From Chrysomallon squamiferum (lineage: Eukaryota; Animalia; Mollusca), in assembly GCA_012295275.1 (NCBI GenBank), contig CM022676.1:5208001-5272000 (forward strand): a stretch of DNA of 64,000 bases, given 5' to 3'. The position numbers were made by a program, and so were the translations under genes. Of the stretch, positions 39,901-53,700 are shown in pieces; positions within the stretch are counted from its first letter, which is position 1, and the number at the start of each line of letters is the position of its first letter. The notes beneath the pieces were generated by a model. That model searched no databases. It worked only from the letters and a program-made list of their open reading frames with translations, and had not been told where the DNA came from.

Positions 39901-42900
39901 ATTCAGGCATTTATGGATACAAATTTTAGTAAAGTGAAGTCAACTATGAAGGCACTGAGACTTCTAGAAAGGTAAAAATAACAAAACAAAACAAAACAGG
40001 AAATCTGTCATTCAATCATTTTACATCCACTGAAGGTTCAAACACATCTTCATGAGCAAATTTTTTTTTTAAATCCTACAAATAAAAAAAACTAGAATAA
40101 CATTTTAATGTTAGTGTGTTAGATAATTAGTAGTAATAGTAGTAGAAATAGTAGTAATAGTAGGTTTGTTACTAGTAGCAGCAGTAATAGTATTACTAGT
40201 ACTAATAGAAGTTGTAGTGGCAGCAGTAACTGTAATACTATTCCTAATAGTTTTTGTAGAACTTGCAGTAACAGAAGTACTGTCACTGGTATTAGTAATA
40301 TTAGCAGTAGAAAGGGATACTGCTAGTAGTACTAGTAGTAATTATTATGTTATTTGTATTGTTTTTATTGTAGTATTTATAGTAGTGTCTAGAATAAATA
40401 GTAAATTTAAAAACACATGTTTCTTTAGATTTGACAAGTTGAACATTGCAAGACTGGATATTAAACAGAAATACTCTCTTATTTTGACGAGATATGGTGA
40501 TGAAGTGGAACAAATTAAAGAGGTATTGTCTGAAAAGAACAAGTAAATTGTCATCCTGTATACTGAATTAAGCTGATATATTTATTTGTGAGCTAGCACT
40601 GATAAATGTCTTAGGTTTCTGATTTTGACCAAAAATATCCCCCAAAAAATGAAAAATAAAGAAATAGTTATATACCTTATTTTTCCTGTCTTTCAGAAGA
40701 TGTTTATAAAATGAATGAATACAAAAGATAGTGTTACCTTTCAGGATCTGTGGTACATATTTTCTTTATATCAGGAGAGTATTACTGAAACACTAACAGC
40801 AGTAGTAATAATACTAATAGAGTTAATGTTAGTAGTAGTAGTAGTCGCAGAAACAGTATTTATATTATTATTAATAACTGTAGTAATATAACATTAATAT
40901 TAATATTATTACTGCCACTGATCCGAATCTGTGTAAAATAACAGTTGGAATGTATTACATGTTTCATTTTGAGTTTTTAATTATACTAGTAGTAATTTCT
41001 TTGTGTCAGTTGTATGAAAAGAACAAAGACAGTCCGGCTCTTGCTCGGAACTTCCCCCCAGTCACTGGGAGAATCAACTGGGTGCGACAGTTAATGCATC
41101 GTCTGTTTGAACCCATGGAAATATTCAAAGTAAGAAAAGAGATAATTTAAACAGAAAATGATAATAATAATGATAATAAAAATAGTTGTTATATAATCAG
41201 TCTGTCAGGAATGGTTTACGTTTTTATTTACAAATGATACAATCAAAACAAAAAATAATGTCAGTTTAATGCAAATTCATTGGCAATTATTTTACTGTTA
41301 TACTTTATCAGTAGTAAAGATTGGTGTTTATCATGCTAATAAAACAATCATTTGGAAGTAAATAAAATTTATCCAGGCTGATTGTTTGCCTCACTACAGA
41401 TAGACTTTGTTATAATAAGTAAATTGTACACAAATTTGTATAACAATATTTAACATTTTATTAAAAAAAATCATGCCATTGTTAAATTTGATTGAAAAAT
41501 GATGAAAATAACAGGTGACATTTTTGCATATTTTGACTGTAACTTAAATGTTCATATATTAGTTTATTTCATGTATGTTGCATGTGACTGATTTTAACTA
41601 TTCAAATATTTTCAGCAACACTCATTCTGCTTAGCCACTGACGAAGCCAAAAAGATCATTCGAAATTACAACAGAATAGCCAGGGTGCTTGTTGAATATG
41701 AAATGCTGTACCATTCAGCTTGGTACAAATCAGCTGAACTTGCTCTATCTTGTAAGTGTTATTTACTTGTCTTTCATAAAATCTTGTTTAATATGTTAGC
41801 TTGCTGATTAGAGACTGACATGATGGTTTTGCCTTCCCATTAGCCATTTTGGATTCCAGACAGTGTCCAAGAATTTGATTAAATGTGATAAATATGCTAC
41901 AGTTTAACTGAATGTTTTATTTTTTATTTTTTACTTTATTTATCTATTTTTTATTTTTACCAACAAACTGTCTGTCTGTCTGTCTGTCTGTCTGTCTTGA
42001 AACATTCCAGATAACTGAGAACTGTCTCATTGTTACAGGAAAAAAAAAAAAAAAAAAAAAAAAACCCACCTAATTATCTTTATTCATGTATTTGCCAGAT
42101 CTCCTGGTACCAGTCTTGATGTACAATACTGAAACATCTGAAATGCACGTGAACTTTGAGTCATTCGTCATGGAGGTCATCAAAGAAGCTGAACACATGA
42201 TAAAACTAAACCTGGACATACCCGAATCAACGAAAATGTTGCTTATCAGAAAGCATGAACTACAGGACCATGTTAATGAGTTAGAGGTTTGTTGTCTAGC
42301 AGACAAAGGGTTATGAGTGGGTGGTAGGTAGATAGGTGTACAGGGTATGTATATATATACTTATCAGTTTCCAGAGATGTTTCATTTTATTATTTTTATT
42401 TACAACACTATTTTAGTCATAATTGTTACTGTTGGGTTGGAATAAAGATTCAGAGTGTTTAGACCAGATAATCTCCAAGAAAGATGCCAAGTTCTGGGAT
42501 AATGGAATCATTATGTCTCAAAGATGGCTAAAGGTGGAGCCAAATGGCACATTTGGTTGAATAAATCTGAGTACAGATATCTTAATAATTATTGTCATTT
42601 AATCCAGTTAAAAAACATTATGAAATGCTGCTTCTTTGGTCTATTCAGAAATTATTTTTCATAACGTTTTCTTTTATTGTTATTATTATTGTTGTTGTTG
42701 TTGTTGTTTGTATCTACATAGTTATATCTTGTTGTAATGGTGATGTTTTATTGTTGTTATCATGATGTATATGTGTATTAAAAAAATAACAGAGATACAT
42801 ATATATCTACATATACATATATACATATATATACATATACATATATACATACATATACACATGTATACATATATATATATATACATACATATGCATACAT

Positions 42901-45900
42901 ACATATATATACATATATACATATATGCATACAAACATACATACATAAATAACAGGAATAGAAGATGCTTGTTTACATTTCTAGTTAAAAAGTTAATAAC
43001 AATAACAACAACAACAACAACAACAAAAAACGACTTATTTAAATTTATTTTAGACACTGCTGGAAGAGAAAAAAGATGCAATTAATTCAATTGCAGCACC
43101 ATTCCAAATTCTTCTTGGACCTTCGGTGAAAAAACTGGAAGCCTCTTTCAAACCAGGACTTTTCTGTCACACATGGACATCTCTTAATCTTCCAAACTTC
43201 TTCGCTAATATCAGAAGTGAACTCAATGAACTGAAGATTATTATTAAACAGGTGGATAATGCTAGTTTTTAACTGAATATCTGAGAGACAGGTCCTTTAT
43301 TAACATTAATTAATGATCCTGTATCATAGTTTATTAACTGCCTTTGAAATATTCACATGAACTGTTTATTACCAGTGTTATTAATTTTAAGTGTTATTAA
43401 TATAAAAAAAAAAAATTTCAGTTATAGATGAAAATAATATAGGTTATTTAATATCATACTTAATGATACTAATTATATATAGATTAACTGTTATCATAAT
43501 TGTATGTTTTCGGTTTTTTTTTTATCATTAATTATAGAGAATATAAACACATTTTACATATGAATAGATATTCTTTTGTACATTTCTTTTGAATATTTAA
43601 TACAAGTTACACAAACAAAAGAGGTTTCATGAACTAGACCAGCAGATGATAAAAAGTATTTTTTTGCAAAAGTTTTATTTTTATTAAGAAAACAAACGTA
43701 AACTGTCATAAAAACTAACAGTCATCAAAACAAAAATCCATTTTAAAGTTAGTTTTAGAAAATTTAGTATTTCTGACATTGTCTGAAAAATCATTATCTT
43801 ATCATAAGACCATTTTTGCAATATTCAGATGATTAAGTAAGTTGACAGGCAGTCAGAGATAATAAAGGAGTTTCTTATAAATCAGCAAACCAGTTTGAAT
43901 TATGCTATTATCCCTGCTGCTTGATCTGAGTCTTGGTGAATATTTATTAATTTACTAACTTGGTTGATATTGTTTATTTTTTGAAAACTGATACCTGGTT
44001 TCAGTGATTAGTCTTTGTGTTTTTAAACTCAGTATATTAGTTTATATTTTGTTTTCTGCAGGTGAATGATCTGCGAGAAGCTCACATTGTCAAAATGCTG
44101 GAAAACATCAGCAACCTCATCATATGTAAACTTCCAGAGAAAGCAGTTACTCTCGATGTTTTCTTATCTGAAGTTGCAGTAAGTAGCAGTTTTATGCATT
44201 ACTTCTCTGTCTTACACAAAATTCCACACATTTAACTATTCCTGTCCTGGTTATATCAGTAGCAATCACACTACTTCACTGTTTTACACTTGAAACAAAT
44301 GGCTATTAAAATTTAAATTCATTGATATATTGTTAAACATACCATTTATTACTTCCTTGTTGGTTTGGCTAGAAGTTCTCCTTTATAATCTCTTTTTGTT
44401 TGTTTGTTTCTATTTTTACATCATTTGTTCACACATTCATTTAGCCTTTATTCATAAAAAAAATATGACCATTTTTTTTTCAGCCTTCACTGTCTTTGGA
44501 AAAATCAGAAATAATCTACTAAAATCTTTCCTTTTTTTTTCTAATCATTTCTTCTGTCATTTCTTTCTTTCATACCTTCGTTCTGCTGTTCTAGGAAAGC
44601 TGCAAGTCAAAGGCTGAAGAAATGAACAGAATGAGTCGTATTATAAAGAATGCTGTCATTGAGCTTGTCACACTCTTTTACTCTTTGGCTAATGTTGAAC
44701 ACGAACATGAGCATCATGCTCATCATCATCAGCAAACACCAGATGAAGCACACGATCACGCTTCTGATATCAGTTCAGGTAAGTTTAATATCTGTGTCTG
44801 ACAAGTGATGGGAGCCTGAGATAACTTTATGCTGTATAGGAGAAAAAGAGGTTTATATTTTTAAAAAAGGACTAAGAGAAATGCCCTTTTTTATATTTCT
44901 ACACATGCAAATACATAACATTTTAATATTAAGAAAAAGTCAAATAATTCTGAGAAGTACGTATGTGTATAAAAAATAATATATATTGTTAGCATGTCGG
45001 TATTTGTTAAACCAGAATTTCATTCATTTTGGTATAAGAAAAAAGAAGAGAATAATAAAGAAAAAACATTTACAGTTTTTGCAAGGAAATAATTTTATGA
45101 TCCATAATAATTCTTTCTGATTTCTGTTTTATCGAATATTTAACTTTATATATAAATTATGTAGTCTTTGCAGTTAGTCACTAGAAATTTTAGATAAGAT
45201 ATAATTGATCTGTATAAATTATTGCATTTCTTTAGCTGATCCTAATGCTCAAATAGAAAATGCTTCCCACCCAGAAAGTGTCATGAAGTTTGAAGAAATT
45301 CGTATGACACCAGAACAGGTTATAAAGGAAGCTGGTGAAGAATTCTTTGAGATCTGCAACCAGAGACTTCAAGATGCTCTTCTCCATGCAACAAAAAGTT
45401 CTCTAGACATCTTGAAAAAGAGAATATCGCTAAGGTAAAATTATAGAACAATGGTACCAAAGATCACTGGATATCTTGAAAAATATAATATCGGTAAGGT
45501 AGAATTATAGAAAAATGGTAGCAAGGAAAGAAAAATAGTACCTGTTTTGTGTGGCTATACAGATTTAATAAATAAGTGTTAATATTAAAATACGTTGCTG
45601 TGATATTAACCAACAAACATTTTATTCTTTAATTATTCATTCAGATGTTCTCTCAGATATATCTACCTGTTCTGATTTAATGCTAGGAGTGATAAATCTT
45701 CATGAGTTTATTTACTGCACACAGGGAACGGCGCTATAGATTTTTTCACAATTAAAATGTATTATTCAAAGTAAAAAAAAGGAAGAATTAAAAAACACAA
45801 ACAAAGTAATTGACAAGAAACCCACTTTTCAAATTGTTTTCAAAAAATCATATTTCTTGGAGTTTTAATATTATTTAAAACCCTAATATATTCAGGAATC

Positions 45901-48900
45901 AGAATTTACTCTTTTTAACCATTTCTCCGTATATGTTTAAAATTATTTCCTACTTTTGTTTCAGTATACATCGAACAAAGATGGCTTCTTTTGATGAATC
46001 TGTTCATGCCCACGAAGAAATAGCTCCATTATTCTTGGCTGAAATCATTTTGGCCATTCCACAGATTGTAAGATTAAATAACTTTTTATTTTTTTATATT
46101 TTACACACACACACACACACATAATTAATGCATCCTAACTTCTACATAGATCTCTTTAGTAATAGGCACAACTTTAAAATCTACATTTATTATTTACACT
46201 ATAATGAATTTTATAATGCTAATAATTATCGACGGTTTTGGTTTGTTTTATTCAAAGGTGATGCAACCAAATCTTGACGATGTGCAGCAAGCTATTAATA
46301 AGGCTACTCAGTCAATTATCTGTGTGAACAAAGGAGTTGAGGTGTGGGTGAAGGACAAACAGGGACTGCCAGGACTTTTAAAGAACAAGGACGTATATTT
46401 ACCTGTAACACGTATGTTCCATTTATTTTCATGTATATATTTATAATACATGTTATTTATAATACATTATTTAAATATGTGTTCATATTAATACTGTATT
46501 CTGTTTTTAATCTATATGTTAATAACACATATTATTTAATTTTAAGGCTGCATTAATATTACATATTGTTAAATTTTATCCATATGTTAATAATGCACAT
46601 TATTTAATACTATCAGTATATTAGTAAAATATTTTATTTAATTTTATCAGTATGTTAATATTACTCATTATTTAATATATATATATATATATTGTATATG
46701 TGTGTTATACATTGTTTATTTCTACCTATTAACACTACACACTATTTTGTTTGATGTATACATTAATATTATACATTATTTAATATTATCAACATATGAA
46801 TAATACAGACTATTTATTTTTATCTGCTTGTTAATTTTATGTATACATTAATAATATCTGTTATTTAATATTTAGCTAAATTTTAATAATACTCATTATT
46901 TAATTTTATCTACATATTTTATTTCTGGATCTATTTTCGGATTGCACAGAATATTAATTTCCTAAATTAAATCAAATAAAATTCACTAAATTAATATAAA
47001 GTTTCTGCAAACGTAATTTCCAGCTTCACACATTGCTACACAAGTTGCTCCAAGAGACAATTATTACAAGAGCATTGCCGACAACCAAGACCTGAACAAG
47101 TATGTCAGCATACTTTCCTCCATGTCTGGCATTCTCAAGAATGAACTCAACACTGCACTGAAAGCCTACTCTCACTTTTCATTCCTCTGGGACGAAGGGC
47201 GGGAACAGTCTGTTGCTGTAAGTTTCACTCCCATTTTGTTGTTTTTGTAGTTCATTTTCTTAATGTTAAAGCATACCAGTTGTGGTATAAGTAAATTTAA
47301 TATTGCTGTGTAATTTATATTTGAGTATATCTTGATAAAGTCTCTTTTGTTGAATTGATAGAATTAAAAACATATTTTTATTGGACCAGAATAGTCTGTA
47401 GTTAATTTTTTCATAGTGTTAATGTGTACCTGTTGACATATAATTAAATGAGTGTAATATATATCTATATATATATATATATATCTTGTTAAAGCCTATC
47501 TTGTTGAATTATAAAATAAAAATATTTTTGTATTGTATACAACATAATATCAAGTTTTGTAGTTTTCCTTTCAATGTACCTACATGATACAGACACATAG
47601 ATTAAGAACATTTTGTATGTTTTAAAACTGGTATTTTTTATTTCTTATTTTTTATTTTTTTTATTTCTTGTTAAAAAATTCTTGGGACAGTGTAAATATA
47701 AATGTAGTGATTAGACAAAATATTGGTATTTTCTTAATAAATTTTTGTTGGCTTCTTTAATTATTTCTAGTTTTGGTTTGATTTGATATTGTTTTCTTTT
47801 TGATTTTTCTTTCCCGTTTTTTCTCAGGATTTTGTTGCAGAAGATCCTTCTCTGAGTGATTATAAAGAGAAACTGGCAATGTTTAAGGAACTGGAGATAG
47901 CCATTGATGAAATCCCGCATTCAAATATTGTGGGTCCTTTTGAACTATTAACAGGTAATAACTATTCATAATAATAAACAAATCCCTTTATTCTGACTGA
48001 TAATAACAATAGCAGGTTTTATAGACAATTGTAAATTTATGATGTATTCGATTTTTAAACATTTTGACTCAAATAATAAATTTTAAAAAAAAACTATATT
48101 TTATTTTTGTTTTTTTATTTATTGTCATAAGATCAATCCTCAGTTTAGATTTTTTCCTGTTTTAGACTTGTATATCAATTTTTTTTTAATTTAATTTTAA
48201 CATACCTTAAAAGATATATTAATGAATAAACTGTTTCTAGTATAAATTAAATATTGGAAAAAATAAGAATACTTCAATTTATATTATAGTTCCCAAACAG
48301 TATCTAGACACATCTATTCAAAGTCCCAATTCATTATTTAACAGAGCTATTAAAACTAAGCCTGACATACTTTATTATTTTTAAAGATTAATTCCTACAC
48401 AAATTATTTATATGGAATATAAAAAAATACTTCAGTTTATATAATAGTTAACAAACAGTATCTAGGCAGCTATTAAAAATCCAGAGCTGTTAAAACTAAG
48501 CTTGACATACTTTTATCATTAGTAATGTATTGGTTTCTAATATCAGTTAGTTACATAGAATAAAAAAAAAATGTTTTTGTTTATTTAAATACCAATACAG
48601 AATTTTTTAGAGCCATTAAAAATAACCACTCCATAATTTATTATAAGCACAGATTGGTTGCTAGAACAAGTTAATTATTAGGAATAAAAAACATTTGCAG
48701 AGCTATTAAAACTAACCCTACGATAATTTATTATAAGCACAAACTGATTTCTAGAAACATAATTAAATATTAGGAATTATTATTATTTTATTATTATTAT
48801 TTTTTTTTTTTTGCAGATCCACTAAAACTAGGCCTGAGAGTTGAAATAAAGGCATGGAAGCTGCTGTATGGAAAAGAACTGAATGCTGTCTACCAGAAAA

Positions 48901-49103
48901 AGATGAACGAGATTCTGGTGTTTATTGAGGAGTATTCAAAACGGCTGTCTCGTCCTGTTCGAGATCTGGAAGATGTCCGACAGGTGATGGGAGCCCTGGC
49001 AGCTATTCGAGATAACTTTATACAGATGGATATGACTCTAGGACCAATAGAGGTTTATATATTTTTTAAATATAGTCAAAAAGAAATGCATTTAAAACAA
49101 AAA

Positions 49104-49138
<35 letters not shown>

Positions 49139-50680
49139 TCACAAGATTAAATGTGTTGTTTTAATAAAAAAGGTAAAATAATATACTGAGATTTTTATCT
49201 AAAGCAAAAAGGGTTTTCTGAAAAAAAAAAGTTGATTTTTTAAAAAATAAATAAATTACATGACCTTACTTTAGCACTACTTTAATGATATAATTATGAA
49301 AAAACAAAATAGAAGATATTAATTTGGTATTAGAAGAAACCATCATATTTTTTTTTTTTTTTTTTTAATGATCTATATTTTTCATTAAAAATGATTAAAT
49401 ATTATTTTAATGAATTTTTAGGAGTGTTACAGTTTATTGTCTGGTTTTGAAAAAACTGTTCCAAAAGAAGAAATTGACAAAGTGGACACATTGCGTTACT
49501 CCTTTGAACTGATGCTTAACAAAGCTGTAAGTTGAATTATTTATTTTTTTAGTAAATTTAATTGTTTATTTTATTATTGATAAATCTGCATCGCCAACTT
49601 GTATTTTGTGATGAGAATTAAATTAACATCATATTATTCAAAATTTGTAATACTAATTTTTATTTTGTAGCAAATTTTTAGTTTTTTATTATCATTACTT
49701 TTCTTCATTTTTATAAATTTATATAATTAATTTTCATTTTGTAATAATTATGAGCTCAACTTTATTCCTTATTATTAGTATCACAAATGTTTATATAAAG
49801 GAATGTAACTGGAATGATTTCTTTTATTAATTAATTTCACATTTTATGATGTTAGAACTTAAGAAAATCATAGGTTATGTGGACATACTGTAATTTGGTT
49901 ATTTTTCATGAACCTCACTTGACTGATGTGTACATGTTTTTCTTCTTCTTAAACTGCAGAGTCAAACACAAACTGAATTGATTGAAGTACAACCAACTTT
50001 TAAAGGGGAACTACTAACTGCTGTAGAAGTCTTCCACAAAGATGTCGAAAGTTTCCGAGAACGATATGAGAAGGTAAAAATATCTTTTAAAAGACTGAGA
50101 AATCAATTGTTGATAGGGTGAACAAAATGTAACATGAATGATCATCTGACATCACTTGTTGAATGGGAAAAAACATATAAGCCATGATTTTTTATTAAAA
50201 TGTTTTGTTTTTAAATTAATATTTTAAATGTGTCAGATATTTCATCAAATGCTAGACAAGTAATAAATGCAAACTTGATATTAAACCGCAAGAAGAGTTT
50301 ATATCTCTGTTTTATATATAAATTAACTGATTGATTTTTATTTATGTACTTGTACCTACATACATAAATATCAAGAAATTCTGTTTTCTTTCTACATTAG
50401 AGTGGACCTATGACACCTGGTATATCTCCTATGGAAGCTAATGATAGACTGATAATCTTCCAGGTAAGACAATTTTAGTATCAGACTGATAAATAAAAAT
50501 CATTTTAGAGAATTGTAGTGAATTATTAACTTCATTCATCCTTTCCCATCAAAGAAACGACTCGAGTAAGTTGAATATAGATTTATACTAATATAGATAA
50601 CTATTGACACAGAATCCCATCCAATTTATTTTAAATTTGTCACTTCTAGTCAGGCAACAGAATAAGTTTGAATTCAAATA

Positions 50681-50735
<55 letters not shown>

Positions 50736-53700
50736 TTGTATTTAGTTAACCTGTTATTTATAATAATGTTTTCTGTTTCATTTTCAGTTAGATGATCCTA
50801 GGTTTAATGTAAGAGCTGTCTGATTAAACTTAGAAATACAGGCTGTGTTTATCAAAAGTATACTGTTTTATAACAATAGAGTTTTTCCTCTTTCATAGTT
50901 TGATGATCCAAGTATTTCATGTAAGACCTTTCCCAAAGTTATAAATATAAAGATGTTATTTCTTTATAGAAATACAAAATGAGATTACATCAGAGTCAGG
51001 CTGATGATCTGTGAGGTAAAAATAAACTTTCCTGTCGAAATCGTAAATACAAAATTCTCATCAAAGGTGTTAAATTTTAAAACAAAAAGAAAATGAAAAC
51101 ACACTTTAACGTTTTATCTTTCAGAGTCAGTTTGATGATCTGTGGGGTAAGTACAAAACTTACTCATCAGGAGAGCAGTTGTTTGGTTTGACTGTCACTG
51201 AATACCCATCACTGCTACAGATCAGAAAAGAACTGAATTTGCTGCAGAAACTGTACGGTCTGTACACAACGGTGATGACGGTTATCAATGGCTACTTTGA
51301 CATTTTATGGGATGATGTAGATATTGAGAAGATAAATCAAGAATTGGTTGACTTACAAAACAGGTAAATATTGAAAAAAAAAAATTCACCGGATGCGACT
51401 GCTTTGCAAGGAATGTTTCATGTTTTTAACTGCAAGATAAATGTCTGAAAATTATACAAAATTAAAAAGTTCTCTGCAATTTCAAACTTGTTTAAATAGC
51501 CAAAGTGATGATAATTTAGCTTTCAGACGGTTCGTTACACATAAACTTTATTTAGTATGCAAAAATATTACAAGAATTGTTTAAAATTACATTAAGAATA
51601 TATATAAGCTATATATTAAAAATAAATTGATTTCATGTTAAGATTTAAAAAAAGATGCAATGAGAAGAAAATGGTAACCAATATAACAGAATAGACTGTC
51701 TGCTGTCTAAGGATTCATTCTTTTATATCTTTTAAAAATTATTTTTGTCAAGAATTTTAGTTTTCCTAAATCATTTAACTTTATTGCATATGCAAATTAT
51801 CAGAAAGATATTTAAAATATGTAAATTAACAAGTAAACATTTAAAAAAAAAAAAAAAATCCAGATTACCTAAGCAATTTAAAAACAAAATTAAAATAAAA
51901 CATTAAATACATATATTAATTAATTAATTAATTAATTAATAACAAATACTTTTTTATTAAAAAACTGAGTAGTTTAGCTTTTTGTTGTTAATACAAATTT
52001 CTGTTTGAAACTTTCACAGAACAAGACGACTGCCCAAAGGGTTAAAAGAATGGCAGGCCTTTTTAGACTTGAAGCAGAAAATAGATGATTTCAGTGAGTC
52101 GTGTCCCTTGCTCGAGTTGATGTCTAACAAGGCAATGAAAGAGAGACACTGGGCACGAATATCCGGTCTTACCGGCCACACATTCGACTTTGATTCTGAT
52201 GGATTCTGTCTCCGAGACATAATGAAAGCACCATTGCTCACGTATAAAGAGGAAATTGAGGTTTGTATTTAATATTTATCTAAAGTTTTAGCTGCATGAT
52301 TGTTTTCATTCCTTTGTTTTATATATTTGTAGTTGATTATAATGAAAATAGTTTAACATAAGTATAGAAAGAAAAAAAAATCTTATGATTTATTCTTATT
52401 TACATTGTCTCTTTTGCTAATATGTTTATGTAAAATTCAATTCAGGTCTGGATTTATTGATTTTTCCTTCATTCCTTATTTCGATAGTATGCCACATTTT
52501 TATGGAGTGTCATTATCATAAGCAGAAAGGAAAGATATATTTCCATCCTGAACAAGTTTTAAAATTTCTGAGAATCACAGAAGTTTGCTATAAGTTATAA
52601 TTTAATTAATGTTATAATTTTTATATATAAAGTAATACTTTTTTTTTTGTATTTACCTTTGACACCCAATATGTTTTTCATGCTGGGGTATCATTAATCG
52701 TTCATTCCTTCATTCAGTGACATGTTTATTCTTTCATTCCTACATTTATTTGTTCATTTATGTGTTTTTGCAGGATGTATGCATTTCTGCAGTTAAAGAA
52801 AAAGACATTGAAGCCAAACTGAAAAGTGTTATTTCTGACTGGAATAATCGAGTACTGAGCTTTTCTCACTTCAAAACTCGAGGAGAACTCTTACTGAAAG
52901 GCATAGAAACAGCAGAAATTATTTCCCAGTTAGAAGACAGCTTGATGATCCTCAGTTCTCTAATGAGTAACAGGTACCAAAAAGTAGCAAAACTTCTTTA
53001 AATCTTATCCTGTGCTGCAGGATGAATTCTTCTAATCAAATCATATCTTAAGTTATATACACAACACAAACACAGACTTGGATATAAATATATAAGAAAT
53101 AAATATATACACATATGTATATAAATTCAAATACATAGACATATATAATATGGACAGATTCATGAAAATACAGTGATTAAATCTGCAGGTGCACTGAAAA
53201 ATATATTAATGTAACTGCTATTTAAGAGTGTCTATGTCAATGCCAAAACAATTAAATATATAAAATTAAAAAGGAAGCTTAAATACTAATCTTTACTAAC
53301 AGTTAAGTATAATAACCAGTAAGTCACATAAAGATGCTATTTTCTGCTGTTTCAAATACAAGAGTTTGTCAGGTAGGATTCAACACTTTTGCACGGTATA
53401 TAATTTACTCTTACAACACAGATTTAGATTTTCTATTGGGTTTTTTTTTTGGCATCTTTTCAAACAGTCAGTATTGTTCAGTGTTAATTTAGAAGTATAT
53501 TTCTGTAGATATAACACCCCGTTCAAGAAGAATATTCAACTGTGGGTTGCCAACCTGTCCAATACTAATGACATCTTAGAAAACTGGCTGGTCGTTCAAA
53601 ACATGTGGGTTTATCTGGAAGCTGTGTTTGTTGGAGGAGATATTGCCAAGCAGCTGCCACAGGTTAGTAAGTTATATCAGGCTGTAGCTGAATTATAAAT

